Part shown: piece after piece, positions 28,575 to 36,972 of the stretch
Layout: every line of letters begins with the position of its first letter
How positions within the stretch are numbered: position 1 is the first letter of the stretch
Origin: Paludibacter sp.
GTDB lineage: Bacteria > Bacteroidota > Bacteroidia > Bacteroidales > Paludibacteraceae
Direction: 5' to 3'
Assembly: GCA_034926015.1 (NCBI GenBank)
Contig: JAYFRI010000077.1
Location: 27,730-91,729 of the forward strand
DNA length: 64,000 nt
The notes under the pieces: model-generated
Database searches by the model: none
What the model was told of the DNA's origin: nothing
The model's input: only the letters and a program-made list of their open reading frames with translations
Program-made: the position numbers and the translations under genes

Positions 28575-29768
28575 ATGAAAACAAGAATTCTTATTGCTTT
28601 ACTTCTGAGCATAACCGTTGGGGCACAAAGTACCAACCTGAACCTCAACGCTAAAAACCCTAATGATACTGAGCTTAAAAATGCAGCAGTAGTAGTGCGT
28701 TTCGATGATCTGAAAAAAATATCGCCAGCCAATCGGGAGAAAACAGCTGTTTATATAGATGGCAAGCAAATAAGCAGTCAACTCGACGACCTCAACAAAG
28801 ATGGAATAATGGATGAGCTGATATTTCTACTTGATTTCAAAGCCAACGAGAGCAGAAAAGTGACGATAAAAACAATATCGCCCAAAAAACGACTGAAGTT
28901 TCCGACCGAAGTATATGCCGACCTGATTGTAAAGGAAAAAGATGGCTCTCATAAATTTGTGGACGAAGTTTCGTCGACACAAAATAATATGTACAACGCT
29001 TTACATCATCATGGCGTGGCTTTCGAATCGTCTCTCATTGGATATCGGATTTACTTCGACAACAAAAGTACGATTGACATTTATGGAAAAAAGAAACAGC
29101 AACTTGAGCTCGCTGCTACGGGTTGGTATCCTACCGACGAACAAGCAGATGCAGGTTTTGGCGATGATGTACTCCGTGTGTTCGGATCGGTTGGCGTGGG
29201 CACCGTAAAAGGCTGGAATGGTAAAAAAGCAACTCACATCGACAAATTCGAAAAACGCACCCAACGGATTGTAGCTACCGGAAAACTGCGCACCATTGTA
29301 GAAAGCGAAGTGGAAGGATGGGCATACGAAAATAAGAAAATAAACATGAAAGTGCGTTACACGCTTTATGCCCGCCACCGCGATGCTATATGCGAAGTAA
29401 TAGCTTCGGAAGATATCAGCAACCTGGCCACCGGAGTGCAAACAATAGCAGGAGGACCTACATTTACAGACTCGAAAGGCTTAACAGGCTCGTGGGGTAC
29501 CGATTTTCCGGTAACTGATACTTTGAAATTCGGAAAACAAAGTTGTGGACTCGGCGTTTATGTTCCTGTACCATTTGCCGGTGTGCAGATAAGCGAAGGT
29601 TTAAACAACTTAATCCTGATGCCTTACAGGAAAGGAGAAATTCTTCGATTCTACCTGACGGCGGCTGCCCAGAAAGAAGAATACACAGCTTTTGATTCGG
29701 CCGAACAATTTTTCAGCTATCTCGAACAATGGAAAAAAGGACTAATGCCCATTGAAGTGAATTACTAA
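28575..29768 (+). CDS. DUF4861-family secreted protein (pectin/uronate-utilisation associated)
   Basis: Signal peptide MKTRILIALLLSITVGAQ. QLDDLNKDGIMDELIF motif recalled from DUF4861. Adjacent to GH28. Family not verified by search. Confidence 0.55.
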   Translation: MKTRILIALLLSITVGAQSTNLNLNAKNPNDTELKNAAVVVRFDDLKKISPANREKTAVYIDGKQISSQLDDLNKDGIMDELIFLLDFKANESRKVTIKTISPKKRLKFPTEVYADLIVKEKDGSHKFVDEVSSTQNNMYNALHHHGVAFESSLIGYRIYFDNKSTIDIYGKKKQQLELAATGWYPTDEQADAGFGDDVLRVFGSVGVGTVKGWNGKKATHIDKFEKRTQRIVATGKLRTIVESEVEGWAYENKKINMKVRYTLYARHRDAICEVIASEDISNLATGVQTIAGGPTFTDSKGLTGSWGTDFPVTDTLKFGKQSCGLGVYVPVPFAGVQISEGLNNLILMPYRKGEILRFYLTAAAQKEEYTAFDSAEQFFSYLEQWKKGLMPIEVNY

Positions 29769-29770
29769 AT

Positions 29771-30568
29771 TTACTCCTTCAGGCGTTTCAACAATAATTC
29801 CACTCCTTTTTCTACATCATTGGTCTCCTGTAAGGCTTTGATAAATGCGCTTCCTATAATGGCTCCCGACGAGTAGCGATTCACCATATCGCGAGTCGAT
29901 TTATTGGAAATACCGAAACCTATCAACCGTGGATTCTTAAGATTCATTGCATTAATACGATTAAAGTACTCCACCTTGCTGTCGAAAGACTGCTGTGTAC
30001 CGGTAACCGCTGCCGACGACACCATATAAATGAAACCATTTGTATTGTCGTCGATTTGGCGAATACGTTCGTCGGAAGTTTCGGGGGTAATAAGGAAAAT
30101 AAATTCAAGGCCGTAACGTTCGGTGACTTCCTTGTATTCAGCCAAATAATCACTCATTGGCAAATCAGGAACAATCATTCCATCTACTCCTACCCTGCTA
30201 CACTCACGACAGAAATCCTCAAATCCGAATTGAATAATCGGATTAAGATAGCCCATCATCACCAACGGAATATGGATATGTTCGCGCACTTCGGTAAGTT
30301 GATCGAAAAGTTTACGGATACTCATTCCATTTTTCAAAGCCTGCTGACCACTGTTTTGAATTACAATCCCATCCGCCATCGGATCGGAGAAAGGAATTCC
30401 AATCTCTACCAGATCGACGCCATTGGCTTGCAAAGATTTCAAAACAGGCAAAGTATCATCAAGTTTAGGAAAACCTGCTGTAAAATATACTGAGAGGATA
30501 TTTCCTTTTTTCTGTTCAAATAATTGATTTATTCTGTTCATAATGTTTATATCTAAAGTTGACATCAA
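29771..30568 (-). CDS. trpA: tryptophan synthase alpha chain (likely start MNRINQLF at 30541)
   Basis: ILSVYFTAGFP...VDLVEIGIPFSDPMADG...GFGIS are the TrpA motifs. Confidence 0.93.
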   Translation of the reverse strand: MMSTLDINIMNRINQLFEQKKGNILSVYFTAGFPKLDDTLPVLKSLQANGVDLVEIGIPFSDPMADGIVIQNSGQQALKNGMSIRKLFDQLTEVREHIHIPLVMMGYLNPIIQFGFEDFCRECSRVGVDGMIVPDLPMSDYLAEYKEVTERYGLEFIFLITPETSDERIRQIDDNTNGFIYMVSSAAVTGTQQSFDSKVEYFNRINAMNLKNPRLIGFGISNKSTRDMVNRYSSGAIIGSAFIKALQETNDVEKGVELLLKRLKE

Positions 30569-30609
30569 TAAAGTGTATCAACTGTCATTTTTGTTTTGTT
30601 GGTAAACAA

Positions 30610-31287
30610 TTATCTCAATTTCTTTAAAAAAGCACTTAATAGCTCCACTGACTTCTCTCCCGGGCGGATTTCAAATTTACTATTCAGATCGACGCCTTTA
30701 AATTTCGGATGATTGATCTTCAAAATTGCTTCAACATCATCGGCTGCAATACCACCACTCAGAAAGTAAGGTGTTTCACCCCTGTATTCATCCAACATTT
30801 CCCAGTTAAATTTCAGTCCCGAACCACCATAAGCATCAGTTTTTGTATCGAACAAAAAATAATCGCATACACCTTCGTATCGTTTTGCAGGAATGAAATT
30901 GATGGCTTCCGCTATCGGGAAAGCCTTTATTACAATCAGTCCTGCCTCTTTTAGTTGAGCACACATGCTTACCATTTCGGAGCCATGCAGCTGTACGCCA
31001 TTCAATTTGTATTTATACACTATCGTAAGAATATTTTCAAGATCTTCATTCACAAAAACCCCGATTTTTTTGATCGACGCCGGAATGGCATCCAATACTT
31101 CCGGGCTTAATGGTTCGGCATACCGGGGTGATTTTGGATAAAAAATAAATCCCATAAAATCGGGATGCAGAGCCGCTACAGCCTGTATGTTTTCGGGATA
31201 TTTCATCCCACAAATTTTGACAAGCCGCTCTTTTCTTTCCATAAAAGAATGAGTTGAAATTGTATCTGACTCTGAATTTTTCATCAC
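30610..31287 (-). CDS. trpF: phosphoribosylanthranilate isomerase (start may be 31242)
   Basis: VKICGM...DFMGFIFYPKSPRY...GVQLHG...LSGGI are the TrpF motifs. Confidence 0.9.
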   Translation of the reverse strand: MMKNSESDTISTHSFMERKERLVKICGMKYPENIQAVAALHPDFMGFIFYPKSPRYAEPLSPEVLDAIPASIKKIGVFVNEDLENILTIVYKYKLNGVQLHGSEMVSMCAQLKEAGLIVIKAFPIAEAINFIPAKRYEGVCDYFLFDTKTDAYGGSGLKFNWEMLDEYRGETPYFLSGGIAADDVEAILKINHPKFKGVDLNSKFEIRPGEKSVELLSAFLKKLR

Positions 31288-31307
31288 ATTACAAGTTTAA
31301 AGTCACC

Positions 31308-32093
31308 TTAAGCCGGATTTAATGAACTGATAAAATTTACCAGTACCGATGCCGGATTTTCTTCTTTCATGAAATTTTCGCCCATAAGGAAGCCCTTATA
31401 ACCTACAGCACGCAGTTCTCTGACAGTTTCAGTTTTCGAAATTCCACTTTCACTCACTTTTACAAACTGATCGGGAATAAGCGCGGCCAAATCAAACGAA
31501 GTCTGAATATTTTGTTCAAAAGTTTTAAGATTTCGGTTGTTTACGCCCAACATATCTACAAAATCGTTGGCATGCCCCAGTTCTTGTTCATTGTGCACTT
31601 CGAGTAATACTTCGAGGCCAAGTTCATGCGCTTTACTTGCCAACTCTAAGGTTTGTTTCACTGTGAGCGCTGCTGCAATCAGCAAAACAACATCGGCACC
31701 CATGGCTTTAGCTTCGTAAAGTTGATATTCATCAATCATAAAATCTTTCCGCAACACTGGACAAGCGACAAACTGACGCGCAGCCATAATATCGAGTGGC
31801 GAGCCGCCAAAAAACTCCGAATCGGTAAGGATAGAAATGCCCGAAGCACCTGCAGCGCTATATCCGGCCGCTACCTCAACAACATCAGCCTCCTCGTTGA
31901 TCCAACCCAACGAAGGTGATTTACGTTTAAACTCTGAAATAATGCCCGATTCCGAATTCAGCAAACTTTCTTTCATCGATAAACATTTTCGCCTATACAA
32001 AGGAGCATTGACGAGCGCCGATAAAGGAGCTGATATTTTGCGCGAAGCTATTTCTGAACGTTTACTTTCAATTATTTTGTCTAAAATTGTCAT
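31308..32093 (-). CDS. trpC: indole-3-glycerol phosphate synthase
   Basis: IISEFKRKSPS.G...SILTD..FFGGS...PVLRKDF...LLEVH...GVNNRNL are the TrpC motifs. Confidence 0.95.
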   Translation of the reverse strand: MTILDKIIESKRSEIASRKISAPLSALVNAPLYRRKCLSMKESLLNSESGIISEFKRKSPSLGWINEEADVVEVAAGYSAAGASGISILTDSEFFGGSPLDIMAARQFVACPVLRKDFMIDEYQLYEAKAMGADVVLLIAAALTVKQTLELASKAHELGLEVLLEVHNEQELGHANDFVDMLGVNNRNLKTFEQNIQTSFDLAALIPDQFVKVSESGISKTETVRELRAVGYKGFLMGENFMKEENPASVLVNFISSLNPA

Positions 32094-32167
32094 TTTATTT
32101 ATTGATGAATATGTAGGCTGTTGTATAAAAACAGCTAATCTGTTACTATGTTTACACGTTCCAACCC

Positions 32168-33163
32168 TTATTTATAAATCTCCACAAATTTTTCAAATGC
32201 TTTTTTGGCCGAACCATTGGCCAATGCATCAGCAGCCTCGGCCTTGCACTGTTCCAACGCTTTCATCGGGCAACGCGTCTGAATGGCAAAAGCAGCATTA
32301 ACAACCACAGCATTTCTTTGCGCTTCTGTAGCCCTATTATCAAGCACATTGACAAATATCTTTGCTGCCTCGTCCACAGTGTTTCCACCCCACAATTCCT
32401 CTTGTCGAATTGTTTTAAAACCAAGTTGCTCGGGCGTAAAAACAAACTCACCGGCATTGTTTGTAATCTTACAAACATCCGTAAGCGAGATTTCATCGTA
32501 GCCATCGAGCGAATGTACAATGCTGTAATTTACGCCCAAATTTTGATAAATATAGGTATAAAGTCGCATCATTTTCAGGTTGTACACACCAAGACATTGA
32601 TAATGTGGTCGAACCGGACTAATCAGTGGTCCAAGTACATTAAAAAAAGTACGGACACCCAGGTTTTTACGCACAGGAGCTACATTTTTCATGGCCGGAT
32701 TACAAAATGGAGCATGCAAATAAGCAAAACCCGCTTCGTCGAGCGAGCGTTTCACAACATTAATATCAGTTGTGAATTTTGCTCCGAAATACTCTAGCAC
32801 ATTCGACGATCCACTCACCGAAGTGGCTCCGTAATTTCCATGTTTTGCAACAGTGTAACCTGCACCGGCCACCGTAAAGCAACTGCAGGTTGAAATATTG
32901 AAAGTATTTTTGCCATCACCACCCGTTCCTACAATGTCAAGCGGGTCAAATTCCGACAAATCCATCGGTATAGCCATCTCCAGCAGTGCATCGCGAAAAC
33001 CGATCACCTCATTTAATTCGATGCTTCGCATAAGAAAGACTGAAATAAAAGCAGCTATTTCAGATTCGTTGTATTTTCCGGCAGCTATATTGGTCATCAC
33101 CGCAGCTGCCTCATTGCGCGTAAGCGACTGGTGATTAAAAAGTTGATTCAGTATTTGTTTCAT
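32168..33163 (-). CDS. trpD: anthranilate phosphoribosyltransferase
   Basis: DIVGTGGDGKNTFNIST...KHGN is the TrpD signature. Confidence 0.95.
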   Translation of the reverse strand: MKQILNQLFNHQSLTRNEAAAVMTNIAAGKYNESEIAAFISVFLMRSIELNEVIGFRDALLEMAIPMDLSEFDPLDIVGTGGDGKNTFNISTCSCFTVAGAGYTVAKHGNYGATSVSGSSNVLEYFGAKFTTDINVVKRSLDEAGFAYLHAPFCNPAMKNVAPVRKNLGVRTFFNVLGPLISPVRPHYQCLGVYNLKMMRLYTYIYQNLGVNYSIVHSLDGYDEISLTDVCKITNNAGEFVFTPEQLGFKTIRQEELWGGNTVDEAAKIFVNVLDNRATEAQRNAVVVNAAFAIQTRCPMKALEQCKAEAADALANGSAKKAFEKFVEIYK

Positions 33164-33166
33164 AAA

Positions 33167-33300
33167 GCCTCCTCCCGACCTCCCCCAAAGGGGGAGGAGA
33201 AACGGGTATAATATGATTTGAGTTCAAAATAAAATATTTCAAATTTATAAAAACTTTGGAAATACGCCCTATTCCCTTCCTTTGGAAAAGTTCGGGGAGG
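33167..33300 (-). repeat. degenerate REPIN-like doublet at the trpG|trpD junction
   Basis: Minus strand reads CCTCCCCGAACTTTTCCAAAGGAAGGGAAT (inside the trpG 3' end), then a spacer, then TCTCCTCCCCCTTTGGGGGAGGTCGGGAGGAGGC ending 3 nt before the trpD ATG. Confidence 0.65.
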
Positions 33301-33859
33301 ATAACCAGTTTTTCAGCATTTGCTCACCATCGGGCGTCAATACTGATTCGGGATGGAACTGAACGCCACGCACATCGTATTCTTTGTGCGCCAAAGCCAT
33401 AATCATTCCTTCTTCATCCACGGCTGTAATTGTAAGGCATTCGGGCAAAGTTGTTTTTTCGGTAGCCCACGAATGGTAACGTCCCACTTCGAGTCGCTTT
33501 GGCAAACCATCGAACAACACATCTTTTTCTAACACATCCACCATTGAACTGATGCCGTGGTGTACTTCCGAAAGATTGATAAGTGTTCCGCCAAAGGCTT
33601 CGGCTATGGCCTGCTCGCCCAAACATACGCCAAGTATACTCTTCGAAGGCGCATAAGTCCGGATAACGTCGAGCAGAATGCCTGACTCCGAAGGAATTCC
33701 GGGTCCTGGCGAAAGAATTATTTTATCGAAACGGGCAATGTCTTCGAGCGCTATTTTATCGTTACGATGCACTTCCACATCGTCATATCCCAACTTTTTA
33801 ACTGCATGTACCAAATTATAGGTAAATGAGTCATAGTTATCAAAAACTAATATTTTCAT
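33269..33859 (-). CDS. trpG: anthranilate synthase component II (glutamine amidotransferase)
   Basis: MKILVFDNYDSFTYNL...GVCLGEQ...VQFHPES is the class I GATase triad context. Confidence 0.95.
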   Translation of the reverse strand: MKILVFDNYDSFTYNLVHAVKKLGYDDVEVHRNDKIALEDIARFDKIILSPGPGIPSESGILLDVIRTYAPSKSILGVCLGEQAIAEAFGGTLINLSEVHHGISSMVDVLEKDVLFDGLPKRLEVGRYHSWATEKTTLPECLTITAVDEEGMIMALAHKEYDVRGVQFHPESVLTPDGEQMLKNWLSSPNFSKGRE

Positions 33860-33871
33860 GTTCTATCTCCA

Positions 33872-33988
33872 GCCCCCTAAATCCCCCGAAGGGGGACTTA
33901 TAAGTGCATTTTTTTTATATTAATAATAATTCATGAGTAAACTTCCCTATTCAACTCTTTAAGTCCCCCTTCGGGGGATTTAGGGGGC
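33872..33988 (-). repeat. complete REPIN-like doublet at the trpE|trpG junction (perfect 28-bp inverted arms)
   Basis: GCCCCCTAAATCCCCCGAAGGGGGACTT at 33872-33899 and its exact reverse complement at 33961-33988. 61-bp AT-rich spacer. Confidence 0.92.
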
Positions 33989-35456
33989 TTTGTATTGGGG
34001 AAGCTGAAATTACTGCCTTTTTCAAGGCTGCCAGTTTATTATTTACTTCCTGCAATTCGCTCTCTTCGTCCGATTTGGCAACGACGCCGGCGCCGGCCTG
34101 ATAATAAAGCGTATTGTTTTTGCTTACAAACGAACGAATCGTAATGGCTTGGTTGAAACTTCCATCGAAACCAATATACCCGAGACATCCTCCATAAGGA
34201 CCACGGTCGTGGGGTTCAATCTGATCAATCAGCTGCATGGCCTTTATTTTTGGAGCTCCCGAAAGCGTTCCAGCGGGGAAAGTATCTGCAAAAAGCTTTA
34301 TGATTTTCGTCTCCGGCTTCATTTTTCCGCTTACACTCGACACCAAATGTAACACATGCGAATAGTACTGTACTTCGCGAAACACTTCCACTTCCACCTG
34401 ATCGGTATTACGACTGAGATCGTTGCGGGCCAAATCTACCAACATCACATGTTCGGCATTTTCCTTTTTATCGTTCCGCAGTTTTTCGGCCAATTGAAAA
34501 TCTTTTTCGTCGTCGCCGGTGCGTCTGAAAGTTCCGGCAATGGGTTTGATATAAGCTTTCTGCTTTTTTACATCGACTACTAAATGCGCTTCGGGAGAAG
34601 AACCAAAAATACGGAAATCGCCAAAATTGAAGTAAAAAAGATAAGGCGAAGGATTCACCGAACGTAAGGTACGATACAGCATAAAATCATCGCCTTTGTA
34701 TTGCTGATAAAAACGACGCGAAAGCACAATCTGAAAAACATTTCCTTTCTGACACTCTTGCTTTCCACGTGTCACCATGCGTTTAAAGTCTTCGTCAGAA
34801 ATATCGCATTTTTCAGCGCCTACTGCTTCGAATTGGTAAGTTGCCACATTGTTGTTCTCCAGAATACGTTCGATGCTTTGAATGGCCGAGCTTTCACCTT
34901 CGAGAAGATTTTCAATGATTGTCAATTCGTTATTAAAATGATTAATGGCTATTATGTATTTAAAAAAAACATAATGCAATCCCGGCATATCGCCCGGAAC
35001 AGTGTTTCGTGCCGAAAGCTTCACATCTTCGAAATACTGCACCGATTCATATGAAGTATAACCGAAAAGCCCGTTGATATTGAGTTTGCTTTCGTTTTCG
35101 GCAATTTCAAATTCCTTCAGAAACACATCGAAACGATCGGCCACAGTAAGTGGGTCGACCACCTGCGTTTCCACCTGAACGCCATTGGGATATTCTTCAA
35201 CGATCAGAAAATTATTCACAGATATACCGCCAATAGGGCTGAAACCAATATAGGAATAACTATTCTCTACTCCATGATAGTCCGAACTTTCGAGCAACAC
35301 TGAATTGGTGTACAAATCGCGCACTTTCAGATAAATACCTACCGGAGTTTGTAAATCGGCAAGCATTGTTTTTGATTTAACAAAAAGTCGGCCCCCTAAC
35401 CCCCTAAAGGGGGAATTAAGGTTAGCATCGTCTGATATTTTTTTTTCTTTATTCAT
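33951..35456 (-). CDS. trpE: anthranilate synthase component I (both termini overlap repeat arms; start 35456 or 35366)
   Basis: LLESSDYH...PSPYLFYF...GTLSGAPKIKAMQLI...RGPYGGCLGY are the TrpE motifs. Confidence 0.93.
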   Translation of the reverse strand: MNKEKKISDDANLNSPFRGLGGRLFVKSKTMLADLQTPVGIYLKVRDLYTNSVLLESSDYHGVENSYSYIGFSPIGGISVNNFLIVEEYPNGVQVETQVVDPLTVADRFDVFLKEFEIAENESKLNINGLFGYTSYESVQYFEDVKLSARNTVPGDMPGLHYVFFKYIIAINHFNNELTIIENLLEGESSAIQSIERILENNNVATYQFEAVGAEKCDISDEDFKRMVTRGKQECQKGNVFQIVLSRRFYQQYKGDDFMLYRTLRSVNPSPYLFYFNFGDFRIFGSSPEAHLVVDVKKQKAYIKPIAGTFRRTGDDEKDFQLAEKLRNDKKENAEHVMLVDLARNDLSRNTDQVEVEVFREVQYYSHVLHLVSSVSGKMKPETKIIKLFADTFPAGTLSGAPKIKAMQLIDQIEPHDRGPYGGCLGYIGFDGSFNQAITIRSFVSKNNTLYYQAGAGVVAKSDEESELQEVNNKLAALKKAVISASPIQSPLNPPKGDLKS

Positions 35457-35524
35457 AATGCTCTAAATATCTTGTTTTAATAATCAATAGTAATATTTCA
35501 TTCCCCTTCTGGGGATTAGGGGGC
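35391..35524 (-). repeat. REPIN-like doublet at the trpB|trpE junction
   Basis: Minus strand reads GCCCCCTAATCCCCAGAAGGGGAATGAA (its TAA is the trpB stop), then a spacer holding the trpE ATG, then CTTAATTCCCCCTTTAGGGGGTTAGGGGGC. Confidence 0.85.
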
Positions 35525-36757
35525 AGTTTTAAAATGTTTTACATAGGTGTCCATATCTTTATCTCCTCTGCCCGAAACCGTAACTACAACAATATCATCT
35601 GGTTTGAAGTTTTGTTTTTCTTTTTTCAAAATAGCCAGCGCATGTGCCGATTCGATAGCGGGAATAATACCCTCAAGTCTTGTCAGTTCAAAAGCAGCTT
35701 CGAGCGCCTCATCATCGTTCACAGGATATACCTTAGTGCGACCGGCTCGTGCCAGAAAAGCGTGAACTGGCCCAATGCCCGGGTAATCCAAACCCGCCGA
35801 AATAGAATAAGGTTCGGTAATCTGTCCATCCGCATCCTGCATCAACAAGGTTTTGGCTCCGTGAATAATTCCCACACTTCCGAGCGTAATTGTTGCTGCT
35901 GTTTCGGTAGTTTCAACGCCCATTCCGCCGGCTTCGGCCGAAATTATGTTCACTCGCTCATCATTAAGGTAATGATAATAAGTTCCCATAGCATTACTAC
36001 CACCGCCCACACAGGCAATCAAATGATCGGGATAATCGCGCCCTGTTTGTTCATTGAGTTGCTCCTTTATCTCTTCGCTGATCACCGACTGAAAAAATCC
36101 CACCATATCGGGATATGGATGTGGTCCAACGGTAGAACCAATGATGTAAAATGAATCGGGATTAGAGCACCAATACCGAATGGCTTCGTTGGTGGCATCT
36201 TTCAATGTCATATTTCCGCTCGTTACCGGCTCTACTGTTGCTCCGAGCATGCGCATTTTCTGAACGTTCAGGAACTGACGTTCCACATCCGTTTTACCCA
36301 TGAACACAATGCATTCAAGTCCCATCAATGCACAAGCTGTAGCTGTGGCCACTCCATGTTGTCCGGCGCCCGTTTCGGCAATGATACGTGTTTTGCCCAT
36401 GCGCTTAGCCAACAGAATTTGCCCCAGAGCATTGTTTATTTTATGTGCGCCTGTATGGTTCAGGTCTTCGCGCTTAAGGTAAATGTTTGTTCCATAGCAC
36501 GCCGACAAACGTTTGGCAAAATACAATGGCGAAGGGCGGCCCACATAGTTTTTGAGCAAGTCGTAGTATTCTGCTCTGAAAGAATCATCTTCTTTAATAG
36601 CAAAATAAGCTTCTTTCAGTCGCTCCACTGTTCCGTGCAAAATTTCGGGGATATAAGCTCCGCCAAATTCGCCGTAATAACCGGAAGAATCGATTCCCCA
36701 ACCCCCTGAAGGGGGAGTTAAGTTAGTTTCGTCTCCAAAATCATTTGTATTATTCAT
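35516..36757 (-). CDS. trpB: tryptophan synthase beta chain
   Basis: GYYGEFGGAYIPE...HTGAHKINN...GGGSNAMG are TrpB motifs. The N-terminal ~20 aa are encoded by a repeat element. Confidence 0.95.
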   Translation of the reverse strand: MNNTNDFGDETNLTPPSGGWGIDSSGYYGEFGGAYIPEILHGTVERLKEAYFAIKEDDSFRAEYYDLLKNYVGRPSPLYFAKRLSACYGTNIYLKREDLNHTGAHKINNALGQILLAKRMGKTRIIAETGAGQHGVATATACALMGLECIVFMGKTDVERQFLNVQKMRMLGATVEPVTSGNMTLKDATNEAIRYWCSNPDSFYIIGSTVGPHPYPDMVGFFQSVISEEIKEQLNEQTGRDYPDHLIACVGGGSNAMGTYYHYLNDERVNIISAEAGGMGVETTETAATITLGSVGIIHGAKTLLMQDADGQITEPYSISAGLDYPGIGPVHAFLARAGRTKVYPVNDDEALEAAFELTRLEGIIPAIESAHALAILKKEKQNFKPDDIVVVTVSGRGDKDMDTYVKHFKTAP

Positions 36758-36822
36758 ATCTAATAAAAGTCATTAAATTTACCAATTCTCTTTTTGTTCT
36801 CTCCCCTTTAGGGGTTGGGGGT
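36695..36822 (-). repeat. REPIN-like doublet between the trp attenuator and the conserved trpB core
   Basis: Minus strand reads TACCCCCAACCCCTAAAGGGGAGAGA, then a spacer holding the trpB ATG, then TTAACTCCCCCTTCAGGGGGTTGGGGA. Confidence 0.8.
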
Positions 36823-36828
36823 ATTTAT

Positions 36829-36865
36829 AAAAAAAGGCTTATCGTGAGTTACGACAAGCCTTTTT
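36829..36865 (-). terminator. trp attenuator terminator
   Basis: Minus strand reads AAGGCTTGTCGT-AACTC-ACGATAAGCCTT followed by T7. Lies between the WWW leader ORF and trpB. Confidence 0.8.
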
Positions 36866-36909
36866 ATAAATCATTATATTTTTTCTGACATACATACAGG
36901 AAGTTCCGC

Positions 36910-36972
36910 TCACGATTGGGTTATTCGTAAGTGCCACCACCAAAATTTATTAATTGTCAGAGCTGTTTTCAT
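36910..36972 (-). CDS. trpL: trp operon leader peptide (MKTALTINKFWWWHLRITQS)
   Basis: 20-codon ORF with three consecutive TGG codons (36934-36942). Followed by alternative pairings and a terminator. Confidence 0.8.
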   Translation of the reverse strand: MKTALTINKFWWWHLRITQS

